The notes beneath the pieces were generated by a model. It ran no database searches, was not told the DNA's origin, and was given only the letters and a program-made list of their open reading frames with translations. A program made the position numbers and the translations under genes. From a virus: a DNA stretch of 64,000 bases. This document shows, in pieces, positions 55,950 to 63,905 of the stretch. Each line of letters opens with the position of its first letter. Position 1 is the stretch's first letter. The stretch is from the IMG/VR virus record IMGVR_UViG_3300027503_000009. One strand, given 5' to 3'.

Positions 55950-58060
55950 GCGACCTGCTTAGAAATTCTTTCGACAAATTTAGACAAAACAATCTTCGAT
56001 AACGTTTTCTTTTTCAAGAATTTAGTGAACGCAGTTGTTAATGTTCTAGTTGTAACTTCCTTATCATCCTTTTTAGTAATAACTAATTTTGGATTACTTA
56101 CATTTTGTGATATTACTAAATGAAATTCATCATAACCAACATTTTCAATTGTAGCACAACCATTCTTTTTAAGTGATTTTTTAATATCAACTCTTTCTGA
56201 AATTTGTGCGTATATATCAACAATCTGTTGATTTTCCTGGATAGAACCAACGAAAAATCCAATAAGATTACATTTATGTTTATCTCTTATAATATTTAAT
56301 TTAATATTTAAAAGATCATTATTGTCATCAATTTTATATAACTTTTTAGTCTCAGTATCTCTAACATATTTTCTACTATAGTTACTAATCTTTTTCATAC
56401 CATAACTTTTATTACCATATATGTTATCAATATAATTACCAATACCATCAGTAATAACTAAAAAGTTACAAATTTCAATTTTATGTTTTTCCTTAAAATA
56501 AGGAATATAATTATCAATAATATGACATGATTCAATAATGGGAGTACCACCCATTTCAAAATTTCTGTAATCATGAGTATATACCATTGTTGCAAATGCG
56601 TTTAGTAGATATTCAAAATTGTTTTTATTCAAATCTGAATTTAAAATCTCTACTAAACTGTAATTTAAACTATGTGAATAAATATCATTTTCTTTAAAAT
56701 TAATAGTGTCAACAAATTTTTGAGAAGCAGAATATCTATTTACATAGTTAGCATGTTCCATAAAATTACAACCAAACAAAAATACTGAAAATGGAATATT
56801 CATTTTCTTACAAAATGTTACTGTTGCAACAATTTGAGCAAAACATTCTTGTACTTTAGTTCCATTCATTGATCCAGACCAATCAAGAAGCATAATCATA
56901 CCATGACTTTTACCTTCAGGTACTGTATTAATTTTCTTGAAAATATCTTCATTGTACTTATAACTAAACAGTTTTGATGTATCAATTGTTCCAGTCTTAT
57001 TGATTTTATTCTTAACATAAAATGTTGCAGACTTCTTCAATTCAAACATCTTAATTAAATATTCTACAGACTTTTTTGTATTCTTTCTGATTTTTGAAAG
57101 ATGACTTTTATCAATAATAGTAATACTAATATTTTTTAGTACACGTTCAACTGGTACAATATGTTCCTTATATTTAATACTAGGAAATTGAGTATACACA
57201 GTTTTGTTTTGTGAAGTAATTTCACTTAAACGCTTTAAGTTTTCTTGAAAATTTTCCTGAGTTTGTGATTCTGGGATAAAATCTTTAAATTCTTCCTCAG
57301 TAATATTATTTTCTTTTAAAAATTTATTTAATTCTTCTAATAATTTATTAGATGATGCATTATTTCCACCTGAAAAACTCTTTGCATTTTTACCTTCAAA
57401 ACTATCTAGACCTTCAATAACTTTATCTGCTATTGTATCTAGATATTCATCAGAATATTCTAAATCAAAATTTTCAGATTCTTCAATCTTATTTCTGATG
57501 ATCTGTTCTTGCTTAGAATACATATACAACTTCTTTGCAACATAAATTACATCTTCAAAAGTTTTAGTATTTCTGATTTGATTAATGAACTGCTTTTCTT
57601 TTTCTGAAAATTTAATTAATGTAAATGAACCAATTTTTTCATTAAGATTCAATCTATCAATTAAAGGAAGACTATCAATATTTTTATCTTTTAGAGAAAA
57701 GAAATCTTTGTTTAGAAGTTCTTTGTAACCAAAATGATAATTTTTCTTTAATCCTGGATATTCATCCTTAATCATTCTTTCAATTCTTGCGTCTTCAACT
57801 ACATTTAGGAAAAAATGAATATTTGGAAAATGATCATCATTAAACACTTCAATTGCTCTATCGGTAGGAGTAAACAAAGCATGACCTACCTCATGTGAGA
57901 TTAAAAGATCATAAAGATCATTTGATACTTCTTCTGACCATGTAGGTAATGTTAATGTTCTTGTCTCAAGATTAAACATAGCTGTTTCAACTGGAGCATG
58001 TTCAATATTGATATTCTCTTTAGCTAAGAGCTTACTTAATTGTTCTTTCACTAGATTCAT
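55946..58060 (-). CDS. HEXXH metallopeptidase-like + vWA (MIDAS) domain protein, partner of CobS-like ATPase
   Basis: HEVGHALFT, NVVEDARIE, LDWSGSM MIDAS, GGTP, ITDG. Confidence 0.85.
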   Translation of the reverse strand: MNLVKEQLSKLLAKENINIEHAPVETAMFNLETRTLTLPTWSEEVSNDLYDLLISHEVGHALFTPTDRAIEVFNDDHFPNIHFFLNVVEDARIERMIKDEYPGLKKNYHFGYKELLNKDFFSLKDKNIDSLPLIDRLNLNEKIGSFTLIKFSEKEKQFINQIRNTKTFEDVIYVAKKLYMYSKQEQIIRNKIEESENFDLEYSDEYLDTIADKVIEGLDSFEGKNAKSFSGGNNASSNKLLEELNKFLKENNITEEEFKDFIPESQTQENFQENLKRLSEITSQNKTVYTQFPSIKYKEHIVPVERVLKNISITIIDKSHLSKIRKNTKKSVEYLIKMFELKKSATFYVKNKINKTGTIDTSKLFSYKYNEDIFKKINTVPEGKSHGMIMLLDWSGSMNGTKVQECFAQIVATVTFCKKMNIPFSVFLFGCNFMEHANYVNRYSASQKFVDTINFKENDIYSHSLNYSLVEILNSDLNKNNFEYLLNAFATMVYTHDYRNFEMGGTPIIESCHIIDNYIPYFKEKHKIEICNFLVITDGIGNYIDNIYGNKSYGMKKISNYSRKYVRDTETKKLYKIDDNNDLLNIKLNIIRDKHKCNLIGFFVGSIQENQQIVDIYAQISERVDIKKSLKKNGCATIENVGYDEFHLVISQNVSNPKLVITKKDDKEVTTRTLTTAFTKFLKKKTLSKIVLSKFVERISKQVA

Positions 58061-58085
58061 ATGTGTTTCACATCCTATATATACT

Positions 58086-58113
58086 AGTATAGCACACTTT
58101 CTGGATTTGTCAA
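58086..58113 (-). promoter_or_regulatory. sigma70 promoter TTGACA-16-TATACT
   Basis: Minus strand TTGACA aatccagaaagtgtgc TATACT. Confidence 0.65.
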
Positions 58114-58189
58114 ATCTTTTTTTCTGTAGAATATTTCTAATATATTATACTAATATTATAATTATATTCTATCTGCAAAGGACACTCTT

Positions 58190-58218
58190 ATTATAGCATG
58201 AAAAAATCAGTTTGTCAA
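58190..58218 (-). promoter_or_regulatory. sigma70 promoter TTGACA-17-TATAAT (TG-extended)
   Basis: Minus strand TTGACA aactgattttttcatgc TATAAT. Confidence 0.85.
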
Positions 58219-58231
58219 GAGAAAAATGCAG

Positions 58232-58260
58232 TTGACATAAACTTTTTTTTGTGGTAGGAT
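58232..58260 (+). promoter_or_regulatory. sigma70 promoter TTGACA-17-TAGGAT (TG-extended), divergent
   Basis: TTGACA taaacttttttttgtgg TAGGAT. Confidence 0.75.
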
Positions 58261-58320
58261 GGTTTCATAGTCAACGAGACAGAAAATACCTCTTGACAAC
58301 TAACTATTAAAGGTGATAAC

Positions 58321-58611
58321 ATGATTAATGTAACTATTGACAATAAGAAGATGACTCTTGAGTTTGCATATGAAGGTCTTAATACATATGCAATGCTTAC
58401 TAGGAATAAGGGGGAAACTATTGTAGGTTCTGCATCAGTAACCCGTTACCACAGTGATACACATAATAAGGAAACAGCACGAAAGTTCGCTATTAAGAAG
58501 CTGCTAAATAATATGAAGTATGATTACAATCAACGATCTGTTGTTTGGAATGCATATCTAAATCGTTCAAAGCAGAATAAGCAGCACTATCGTCTATCAG
58601 CAACTGCATGA
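58321..58611 (+). CDS. hypothetical early protein
   Basis: 96 aa ORF, AAGGTG SD, first gene after divergent promoter. Confidence 0.7.
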   Translation: MINVTIDNKKMTLEFAYEGLNTYAMLTRNKGETIVGSASVTRYHSDTHNKETARKFAIKKLLNNMKYDYNQRSVVWNAYLNRSKQNKQHYRLSATA

Positions 58612-58614
58612 GGT

Positions 58615-58635
58615 AGGGGCTAAAAATGCCCCTTT
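58615..58635 (+). terminator. short hairpin after first early gene
   Basis: AGGGGC-taaaaat-GCCCCT then TT; weak. Confidence 0.45.
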
Positions 58636-58640
58636 AAAAT

Positions 58641-59144
58641 ATGTCTGTACTTGTATTAAATTCTCAATATCTACCTATTCAAACAACTTCTGTTAAAAAA
58701 GCAATTAAGCTTGTTTATCGTGGAGTTGCAGAAATAGAAAAATATTCTGACAAAATTTGGAAATCAGTTTCTAGTGAAATTATTCTTCCTGCGGTTATCC
58801 GTTTAGTTAATTTTCATAGACTTCCAAATAGGTCATATAAACTTTCAAAGAAAAATATTCTTGTGAGAGACAAGCACACTTGTCAATATTGCAATATTGT
58901 TTTTTCGGAAAGAACTTTAACTTTAGATCACGTTATTCCAAAATCTAAAGGTGGATCTTCTAGATGGGAAAATCTAGTAACTGCTTGTAGAAAGTGTAAT
59001 TCTAAAAAAGCAGATAGAACCCCAGAAGAAGCTGGTATGAAATTGTTGTCTAAACCAACAAGATTGACTGTGCATACGCATACAACAATTCTTAGAAATA
59101 GAGGAGAATCTCATCCTGAATGGGCTGAGTTTTTATTTAATTAA
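58641..59144 (+). CDS. HNH endonuclease (McrA-like, bacterial VLVLN type)
   Basis: VLVLN..Y.P, RDKHTCQYC, TLDHVIPKSKGG...WENLVTAC..CN..K..RTPEEAGM. Confidence 0.92.
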   Translation: MSVLVLNSQYLPIQTTSVKKAIKLVYRGVAEIEKYSDKIWKSVSSEIILPAVIRLVNFHRLPNRSYKLSKKNILVRDKHTCQYCNIVFSERTLTLDHVIPKSKGGSSRWENLVTACRKCNSKKADRTPEEAGMKLLSKPTRLTVHTHTTILRNRGESHPEWAEFLFN

Positions 59145-59461
59145 TGGAAATTGAAGATATTCTAAAAAAGATGTTTTTATATTCAGCAATGGCTATATTT
59201 GCTTTATGGATTGTATCTGTGTTTTCTTCTGGAAAACAAGAATCATATTATATTGAAATGGTAAGCTCACAACAACAAGGAACCACTTATTGCGTTTATG
59301 CTGATATAAATTGGAGGCCAAATGAAAAAATTTATTGTTCAGAAAATTTTCCACAAGTCTTAATGTTAAATGCTGCAATGAATGCACAAAAAAATATTTT
59401 TCCACAAAAAGAAACACCTGAAACAAAAAAGAACAGTGAGTTTAAAGTAGAATCGTTTTAG
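59144..59461 (+). CDS. hypothetical membrane-anchored protein
   Basis: N-terminal hydrophobic segment; start coupled to HNH stop. Confidence 0.6.
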   Translation: MEIEDILKKMFLYSAMAIFALWIVSVFSSGKQESYYIEMVSSQQQGTTYCVYADINWRPNEKIYCSENFPQVLMLNAAMNAQKNIFPQKETPETKKNSEFKVESF

Positions 59462-59537
59462 TCTTGTAGCTCAATCTGGTAAGAGCATCTGCCTTACAAG
59501 CAGAAGGTTTTCAGTTCAAATCTGAACAAGACTACCA
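59460..59537 (+). tRNA. tRNA-Val(TAC)
   Basis: AGTCTTG/CAAGACT acceptor, TCTGC-ctTACaa-GCAGA, TTCAAAT loop, encoded CCA. Confidence 0.92.
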
Positions 59538-59539
59538 GA

Positions 59540-59614
59540 GTCCCTATAGTTCAACGGAAAGAATACTAGTCTACGAAACTGGAGATCCAAGTTCAAGTCT
59601 TGGTAGGGATTCCA
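59540..59614 (+). tRNA. tRNA-Arg(ACG)
   Basis: GTCCCTA/TAGGGAT acceptor, CTAGT-ctACGaa-ACTGG, TTCAAGT loop, CCA. Confidence 0.9.
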
Positions 59615-59622
59615 AAAAATAG

Positions 59623-59651
59623 TTGACAAAAGAAAATGAAAGTGATATATT
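59623..59651 (+). promoter_or_regulatory. sigma70 promoter TTGACA-17-TATATT (TG-extended)
   Basis: TTGACA aaagaaaatgaaagtga TATATT, ATG follows 6 nt later. Confidence 0.8.
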
Positions 59652-59657
59652 TAAATT

Positions 59658-60278
59658 ATGAACGACACAATTTCTCTTCTAGACACAATTATTGAACAGC
59701 AACCCAAACCAAAGAAGATTAAGAGACAAGAACCACAAAAAAAGACTTTGAATAGAATTGATTCACCTCTACTGTTCAAAACAGAACGAACTATTTCTTT
59801 TATTGATTATTTTAATTTACGAAATATTAAAATTACAAGTGAAACAAATAATTCATTGAAACTTAGTGGTGATATTGATTTAGATTTTAAAATTTTTGTT
59901 TTTTCAAAAAAGCTTGGTAAAATGGGTTTTATTATAGATAATCTAGCTCTAGATTATGCAAAAACAAAGTTTGAACGTATTTTGAATATACTTGAAAATA
60001 TTTCATATGAAATTGTAAATAAAGATATGTATTATCAAATTTCTCTTAATACACTAATGAAAATGATTATCATCAACACACATCACGATATGATTCAATA
60101 TGATGAAAATTATGAAAATATTGTTGGTGTAGGTGTTGAAATGTTTGATGAAAAAGTGTATTATAAAGTAAACACCCTAAAGAAGCAAAATTACTGTAAT
60201 TCAAATGTGATTAAAGACAATTTAAATCTTGTTTCAAATAAAACTAAGAGAGTAAAAGCAGCAAAAACAACACTTTAA
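59658..60278 (+). CDS. hypothetical protein
   Basis: 206 aa ORF directly after promoter. Confidence 0.7.
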   Translation: MNDTISLLDTIIEQQPKPKKIKRQEPQKKTLNRIDSPLLFKTERTISFIDYFNLRNIKITSETNNSLKLSGDIDLDFKIFVFSKKLGKMGFIIDNLALDYAKTKFERILNILENISYEIVNKDMYYQISLNTLMKMIIINTHHDMIQYDENYENIVGVGVEMFDEKVYYKVNTLKKQNYCNSNVIKDNLNLVSNKTKRVKAAKTTL

Positions 60279-60287
60279 GGATATATT

Positions 60288-60848
60288 ATGAAAAAGAATG
60301 TGACAAAGACAATTACTGAAGTTCAAGTTGAAGAAAATAGTTCACTACTTGATGTAATTATTGAACAATCAAAACCTGTATCTTTACTTGATACTGTTTC
60401 TAACCAAGAAATTGGTTCTTCGAAAGAAGAAGTATATACATACAATATTACTGGTTATCTAAGACTTGATGGTGTTAGTCCAACTGGTAAGTGTGGATCA
60501 GAAGATCTTGAAGGTTCAAATTATTCTGTAGAAATTTCCACATATTCTCCGGTAAAGAATGTAGATGGTATTGTTTATGGTATTGCTGGTGAATTTGCAC
60601 AAATGAAGAATGGTAAATATTGGAAAGCTTCATGTGAAGAAATTGCAAATTTCATGGTGAAACAAATTGTAAAAACACTTAGTTCGAATGTTGCAGAAAT
60701 TATTGTAAATATGATGCCTAATGAGTTTACAAAAGTAACAACACTATGGCAAGATCATATGCCTCTACCTGAAGATAAATATGTAGCTACCCCAAAGTTT
60801 AATGAAAAACCTGAAGTTAGAAGTTGGGTTGGTTGTGGTAGTCGATAA
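60288..60848 (+). CDS. hypothetical protein
   Basis: 186 aa ORF, AAGGA SD. Confidence 0.7.
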   Translation: MKKNVTKTITEVQVEENSSLLDVIIEQSKPVSLLDTVSNQEIGSSKEEVYTYNITGYLRLDGVSPTGKCGSEDLEGSNYSVEISTYSPVKNVDGIVYGIAGEFAQMKNGKYWKASCEEIANFMVKQIVKTLSSNVAEIIVNMMPNEFTKVTTLWQDHMPLPEDKYVATPKFNEKPEVRSWVGCGSR

Positions 60849-60865
60849 GAAAGAAGAAAAACATT

Positions 60866-61144
60866 ATGAAGAACATTTTAATTATTGGAATTGTTTTAGT
60901 TTGTGGTTTGTTGACTGGTTGTACTGAAAACGAACGAGCCATGCATTATGGTGGAAACATTAAGATCGTACTTCCTCCTGGCGAAGTTCTTGAAGATGTA
61001 ACTTGGAAGGTGTCGAATGGCGCACCGAATCTCTGGTATATGACACGAAAGCGTGAACCTGGAGAATCTCCCAGAAAGCACGTCTTTCGTGAAAAGTCAA
61101 CATATGGAATGGCAGAAGGATCTGTAACATTCATTGAACAATAA
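60866..61144 (+). CDS. putative lipoprotein
   Basis: Signal peptide with lipobox LLTGC; LP.G..L...TWK....LWY.TR pattern common in phages. Confidence 0.7.
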   Translation: MKNILIIGIVLVCGLLTGCTENERAMHYGGNIKIVLPPGEVLEDVTWKVSNGAPNLWYMTRKREPGESPRKHVFREKSTYGMAEGSVTFIEQ

Positions 61145-61149
61145 ATTGA

Positions 61150-61237
61150 GGGGATGTGTTGGAACTGGTAGACAATACGGACTTAAAATCCGTTGCTCTC
61201 TTAGAGCGTGTGGGTTCGAATCCCTCCATCCCTACCA
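61150..61237 (+). tRNA. tRNA-Leu(TAA)
   Basis: GGGGATG/CATCCCT acceptor, ACGGA-ctTAAaa-TCCGT, long variable arm, TTCGAAT, CCA. Confidence 0.93.
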
Positions 61238-61245
61238 TTAAAGTT

Positions 61246-61656
61246 ATGAATAAACTATATCTCACAGATCATTCTGGTGAAAACAAATTAGAAACAACAC
61301 TGAGCCATATCCAAAAGTATGTAGGAAAAGGTTGGCATCCTCTAATCGAAGATCTAGTAAAAGATCTATTTGCTCTTGGTTGGAATGGTGAAATTCTTCA
61401 AGTAAAAGAGAAATTTGGTGAATTGTGTTTTTATACAAGACCAATGAAGTATGGCGATCCAACTGAAATTGATAATCTAGTTTTTGATAGAGTTAGAAAA
61501 GCAGAAAAAGAATCAAATTCAATTTGTGAATTATGTTCTAATCCAGCAAGTCTTCATATTTCTAATGAACGATCATATATTAGAACTCTCTGTGAATATT
61601 GTGCAGAACAAAACAATTTTCGTAAGTATGTGATACCAAAATTTAGGGTCCCTTAG
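61246..61656 (+). CDS. conserved phage hypothetical protein with C-terminal CxxC...CxxC
   Basis: GW..LI..L....QVKEKFG.L.FY motif; start moved to ATG 61246 because the upstream part is tRNA-Leu. Confidence 0.72.
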   Translation: MNKLYLTDHSGENKLETTLSHIQKYVGKGWHPLIEDLVKDLFALGWNGEILQVKEKFGELCFYTRPMKYGDPTEIDNLVFDRVRKAEKESNSICELCSNPASLHISNERSYIRTLCEYCAEQNNFRKYVIPKFRVP

Positions 61657-61721
61657 CTCAATGGTAGAGCGTCAAACTCATAATTTGCTGGTTGTAGGTT
61701 CGAATCCTACAGGGACCACCA
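61647..61721 (+). tRNA. tRNA with CAT anticodon, probably Ile2 (lysidine type)
   Basis: GGTCCCT/AGGGACC acceptor resembling bacterial Ile2 (GGCCCCT), ctCATaa loop, TTCGAAT, CCA. Confidence 0.8.
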
Positions 61722-61727
61722 ATCTAC

Positions 61728-61756
61728 TTGACAAATAACAAATGATGCGATATAAT
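61728..61756 (+). promoter_or_regulatory. sigma70 promoter TTGACA-17-TATAAT
   Basis: TTGACA aataacaaatgatgcga TATAAT directly before tRNA-Leu(CAA). Confidence 0.88.
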
Positions 61757-61764
61757 TAAAATAT

Positions 61765-61841
61765 GGCTGCGTAGTCCAATCGGCAGAGGCAACGGACTCA
61801 AAATCCGTAAAGTGTGGGTTCGAATCCCACCGCAGCTACCA
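61765..61841 (+). tRNA. tRNA-Leu(CAA), short variable arm
   Basis: GGCTGCG/CGCAGCT acceptor, ACGGA-ctCAAaa-TCCGT, TTCGAAT, CCA. Confidence 0.88.
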
Positions 61842-61856
61842 AAATTTGAGGTCAAT

Positions 61857-62078
61857 ATGGCTGAAGTTAAGATGTACAAATGTGATATTTGTGGAAGAAT
61901 GGATGCGAAACGTCTAACTATTCCAGATGTAGATGAATTCGATCATAAGAAACTATCAGCTTATATTGATTTGTGTTTCGATCATATGGCAGAAGTTCCT
62001 GATTTGGTGTTCAATACAATTGAACTAACTAGAGAACAAAAACGTTCGATTTGGAGAATGATTCTGAGAACAAAATGA
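61857..62078 (+). CDS. small Zn-ribbon-like protein
   Basis: CDICG...DLCFDH; start moved to ATG 61857 (GAGG SD) since upstream part is tRNA. Confidence 0.68.
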   Translation: MAEVKMYKCDICGRMDAKRLTIPDVDEFDHKKLSAYIDLCFDHMAEVPDLVFNTIELTREQKRSIWRMILRTK

Positions 62079-62314
62079 AAACCTTCTCATATAAGATTGA
62101 TGATATAACAAGTCCGGTAAAATACGAAGCGGCTTCTGTTTTCGAAGCCTTACATAAGATCTGTAAAGCACACGGATTTGCGTTTAGAGTAGAACAAACG
62201 ATATATCATTCGGATGGTGTTTGTCTTACTTTTGTTGGAACATTACTGATATATCGTTCTGAGACAGATAAAATTTCGAGAAAATCTAGCATTGGGATTC
62301 GGGAAGAACAATGA
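62075..62314 (+). CDS. hypothetical protein
   Basis: ATGA overlaps with both neighbours. Confidence 0.65.
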   Translation: MKTFSYKIDDITSPVKYEAASVFEALHKICKAHGFAFRVEQTIYHSDGVCLTFVGTLLIYRSETDKISRKSSIGIREEQ

Positions 62315-62541
62315 ACATCAAAGTTGGCGATAGAGTTGTTGTAAGATTCAAAGATATATCTATAGAAGCTTCTGGTGTTGTAGAAAAGTGTTTCTACAAC
62401 AGATATTTGGCCGATGGAAATAAAATAGTACACGATCATTACGTTCGTGTGAAATTCATCAATCGTGGTCCTTATCGCTTTATGAATAAGTGGTTGTTCG
62501 CACCAAGTACTTTGACTGTTGTAGAAAGAAAACGAAAATGA
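62311..62541 (+). CDS. small basic SH3/KOW-like protein (paralog 1)
   Basis: MNIKVGDRVVVRF...G.V....HDH.VRV...RKRK. Confidence 0.68.
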   Translation: MNIKVGDRVVVRFKDISIEASGVVEKCFYNRYLADGNKIVHDHYVRVKFINRGPYRFMNKWLFAPSTLTVVERKRK

Positions 62542-62774
62542 ATATAAAAGTTGGCGACAGAGTAGAAACTAGATTTGAAAGAGCGGATGGTACTTTTGAA
62601 CAAGGTACTATTGGAATTGTAAAGCGAATCTATTATCATAGATATTATGACGAATATGATCGAAAGTGGTTTCATGATCATAGTGTTCAGATTCAACCGA
62701 TTAATGCAAGAAGATTGTTGATTCGTTTTTGTAATGTTAAATTTTTGAAAGTCTTACAAAGAAAGAGGAAGTAA
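62538..62774 (+). CDS. small basic SH3/KOW-like protein (paralog 2)
   Basis: MNIKVGDRVETRF...GIV....HDHSVQI...RKRK; start at ATGA overlap 62538. Confidence 0.68.
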   Translation: MNIKVGDRVETRFERADGTFEQGTIGIVKRIYYHRYYDEYDRKWFHDHSVQIQPINARRLLIRFCNVKFLKVLQRKRK

Positions 62775-63508
62775 TGCATAAGATTGTAATTCCAGACGTA
62801 CATCAGAATCTTCCTCGTCTGTTTGAGATTCTTGAAAAACCAGTTTGTAAAGAAGCCGAAGAGATTATCTTTCTTGGTGATTACTTTGATTCTTTTGATT
62901 ATGATTATCTAACTTTAGAAACTTGTAAATTCTTGAATGATAATATCAACAATTTAAAATATACATTTCTTCTAGGTAATCATGATATTCATTATCTAAG
63001 TTCTGTATCTGGATATAAATGTTCTGGTTGGTCTTTTCAGAAACAATCGGTTATTGATGTAAATTTATCGAAAGAATTTAAACGAAAGGTAAAACCATTT
63101 AAATATGAAAAAATTTGCGGAGAACATGTTTTATTTTCTCATGCTGGTCTTCACCCTAGTTTTGCTCCCATTCATTTTGATGAATTATTAAAAAATGATA
63201 AAGTAAAAGATTGGTTTGATGATTTAGAAATTAGAACAATGGATAATTTTGTCATAAATAAGTATGATACAATTTTTGGAGCAGGAAAAGATCGTGGAGG
63301 TTTTCAAAAAATTGGTGGTATAACTTGGTTAGATTGGTATTCTTTTACACCAATTGATAATTTAAACCAAGTGTTAGGACATTCACAAGTTTCATATCCT
63401 GGAATTGTTTCTACAATGATGAATACTAGAAATATAAATATTGATACAAACTTAAATTATTTTCTGAAAATTGATATGGAAGGTGAATTATTTTTTGAAA
63501 TTTGTTAA
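62774..63508 (+). CDS. calcineurin-like metallophosphoesterase
   Basis: DVH, GDYFD, GNHD, SHAG, GHS motifs. Confidence 0.92.
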   Translation: MHKIVIPDVHQNLPRLFEILEKPVCKEAEEIIFLGDYFDSFDYDYLTLETCKFLNDNINNLKYTFLLGNHDIHYLSSVSGYKCSGWSFQKQSVIDVNLSKEFKRKVKPFKYEKICGEHVLFSHAGLHPSFAPIHFDELLKNDKVKDWFDDLEIRTMDNFVINKYDTIFGAGKDRGGFQKIGGITWLDWYSFTPIDNLNQVLGHSQVSYPGIVSTMMNTRNINIDTNLNYFLKIDMEGELFFEIC

Positions 63509-63583
63509 GCATCGTTGGTCGAGTGATTAGGCATCTGTCTGCAAAACAGATTCAGGTTGGTTAAAATCCAACACGATGCTCCA
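63509..63583 (+). tRNA. tRNA-Cys(GCA)
   Basis: GCATCGT/ACGATGC acceptor, TCTGT-ctGCAaa-ACAGA, U73, CCA; T-loop TTAAAAT. Confidence 0.88.
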
Positions 63584-63588
63584 ATTTT

Positions 63589-63662
63589 GGCTCGATAGTT
63601 TAATGGTAAAACGCATCTCTCATAAGGATGTATTTTGAGTTCAATTCTCAATTGAGCCACCA
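63589..63662 (+). tRNA. tRNA-Met(CAT), elongator type
   Basis: GGCTCGA/TTGAGCC acceptor with paired 1-72, CATCT-ctCATaa-GGATG, CCA. Confidence 0.82.
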
Positions 63663-63679
63663 ACATTTTAAAGGAAATT

Positions 63680-63853
63680 ATGAAATCGTCTCTTACAGTA
63701 ATAAATTCATTACAAGAAATGGGATTATCAGAAGTAATTCCAAGTCTAGATTATTCATATCTGTTTGAAGTGTGGTTCTTTCTCTACAAAGAAATGCAGT
63801 TTGGTATTGATCGTGATGGTATAATCAAACTATTCTCTTTAGAGAAATGGTAA
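63680..63853 (+). CDS. hypothetical protein, 57 aa
   Basis: AAGGA SD, ATG 63680, open to TAA 63853 (hand-checked frame). Confidence 0.55.
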   Translation: MKSSLTVINSLQEMGLSEVIPSLDYSYLFEVWFFLYKEMQFGIDRDGIIKLFSLEKW

Positions 63854-63859
63854 AAGAAT

Positions 63860-63888
63860 TTGACGAAAAGTTCTGAACGAAGTATACT
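63860..63888 (+). promoter_or_regulatory. sigma70 promoter TTGACG-17-TATACT
   Basis: TTGACG aaaagttctgaacgaag TATACT before tRNA-Asp. Confidence 0.75.
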
Positions 63889-63905
63889 AAATAATGTAGT
63901 AAGTT

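Noticed and set aside
58293-58320. TTGACA at 58293 as another promoter
   Set aside because: No acceptable -10 at 16-18 nt; the hexamer is better explained as the 3' arm of a leader hairpin
61156-61245. N-terminal extensions of ORFs 61156..61656 and 61812..62078 in the ORF track
   Set aside because: These stretches are tRNA-Leu genes; real starts are ATG 61246 and 61857
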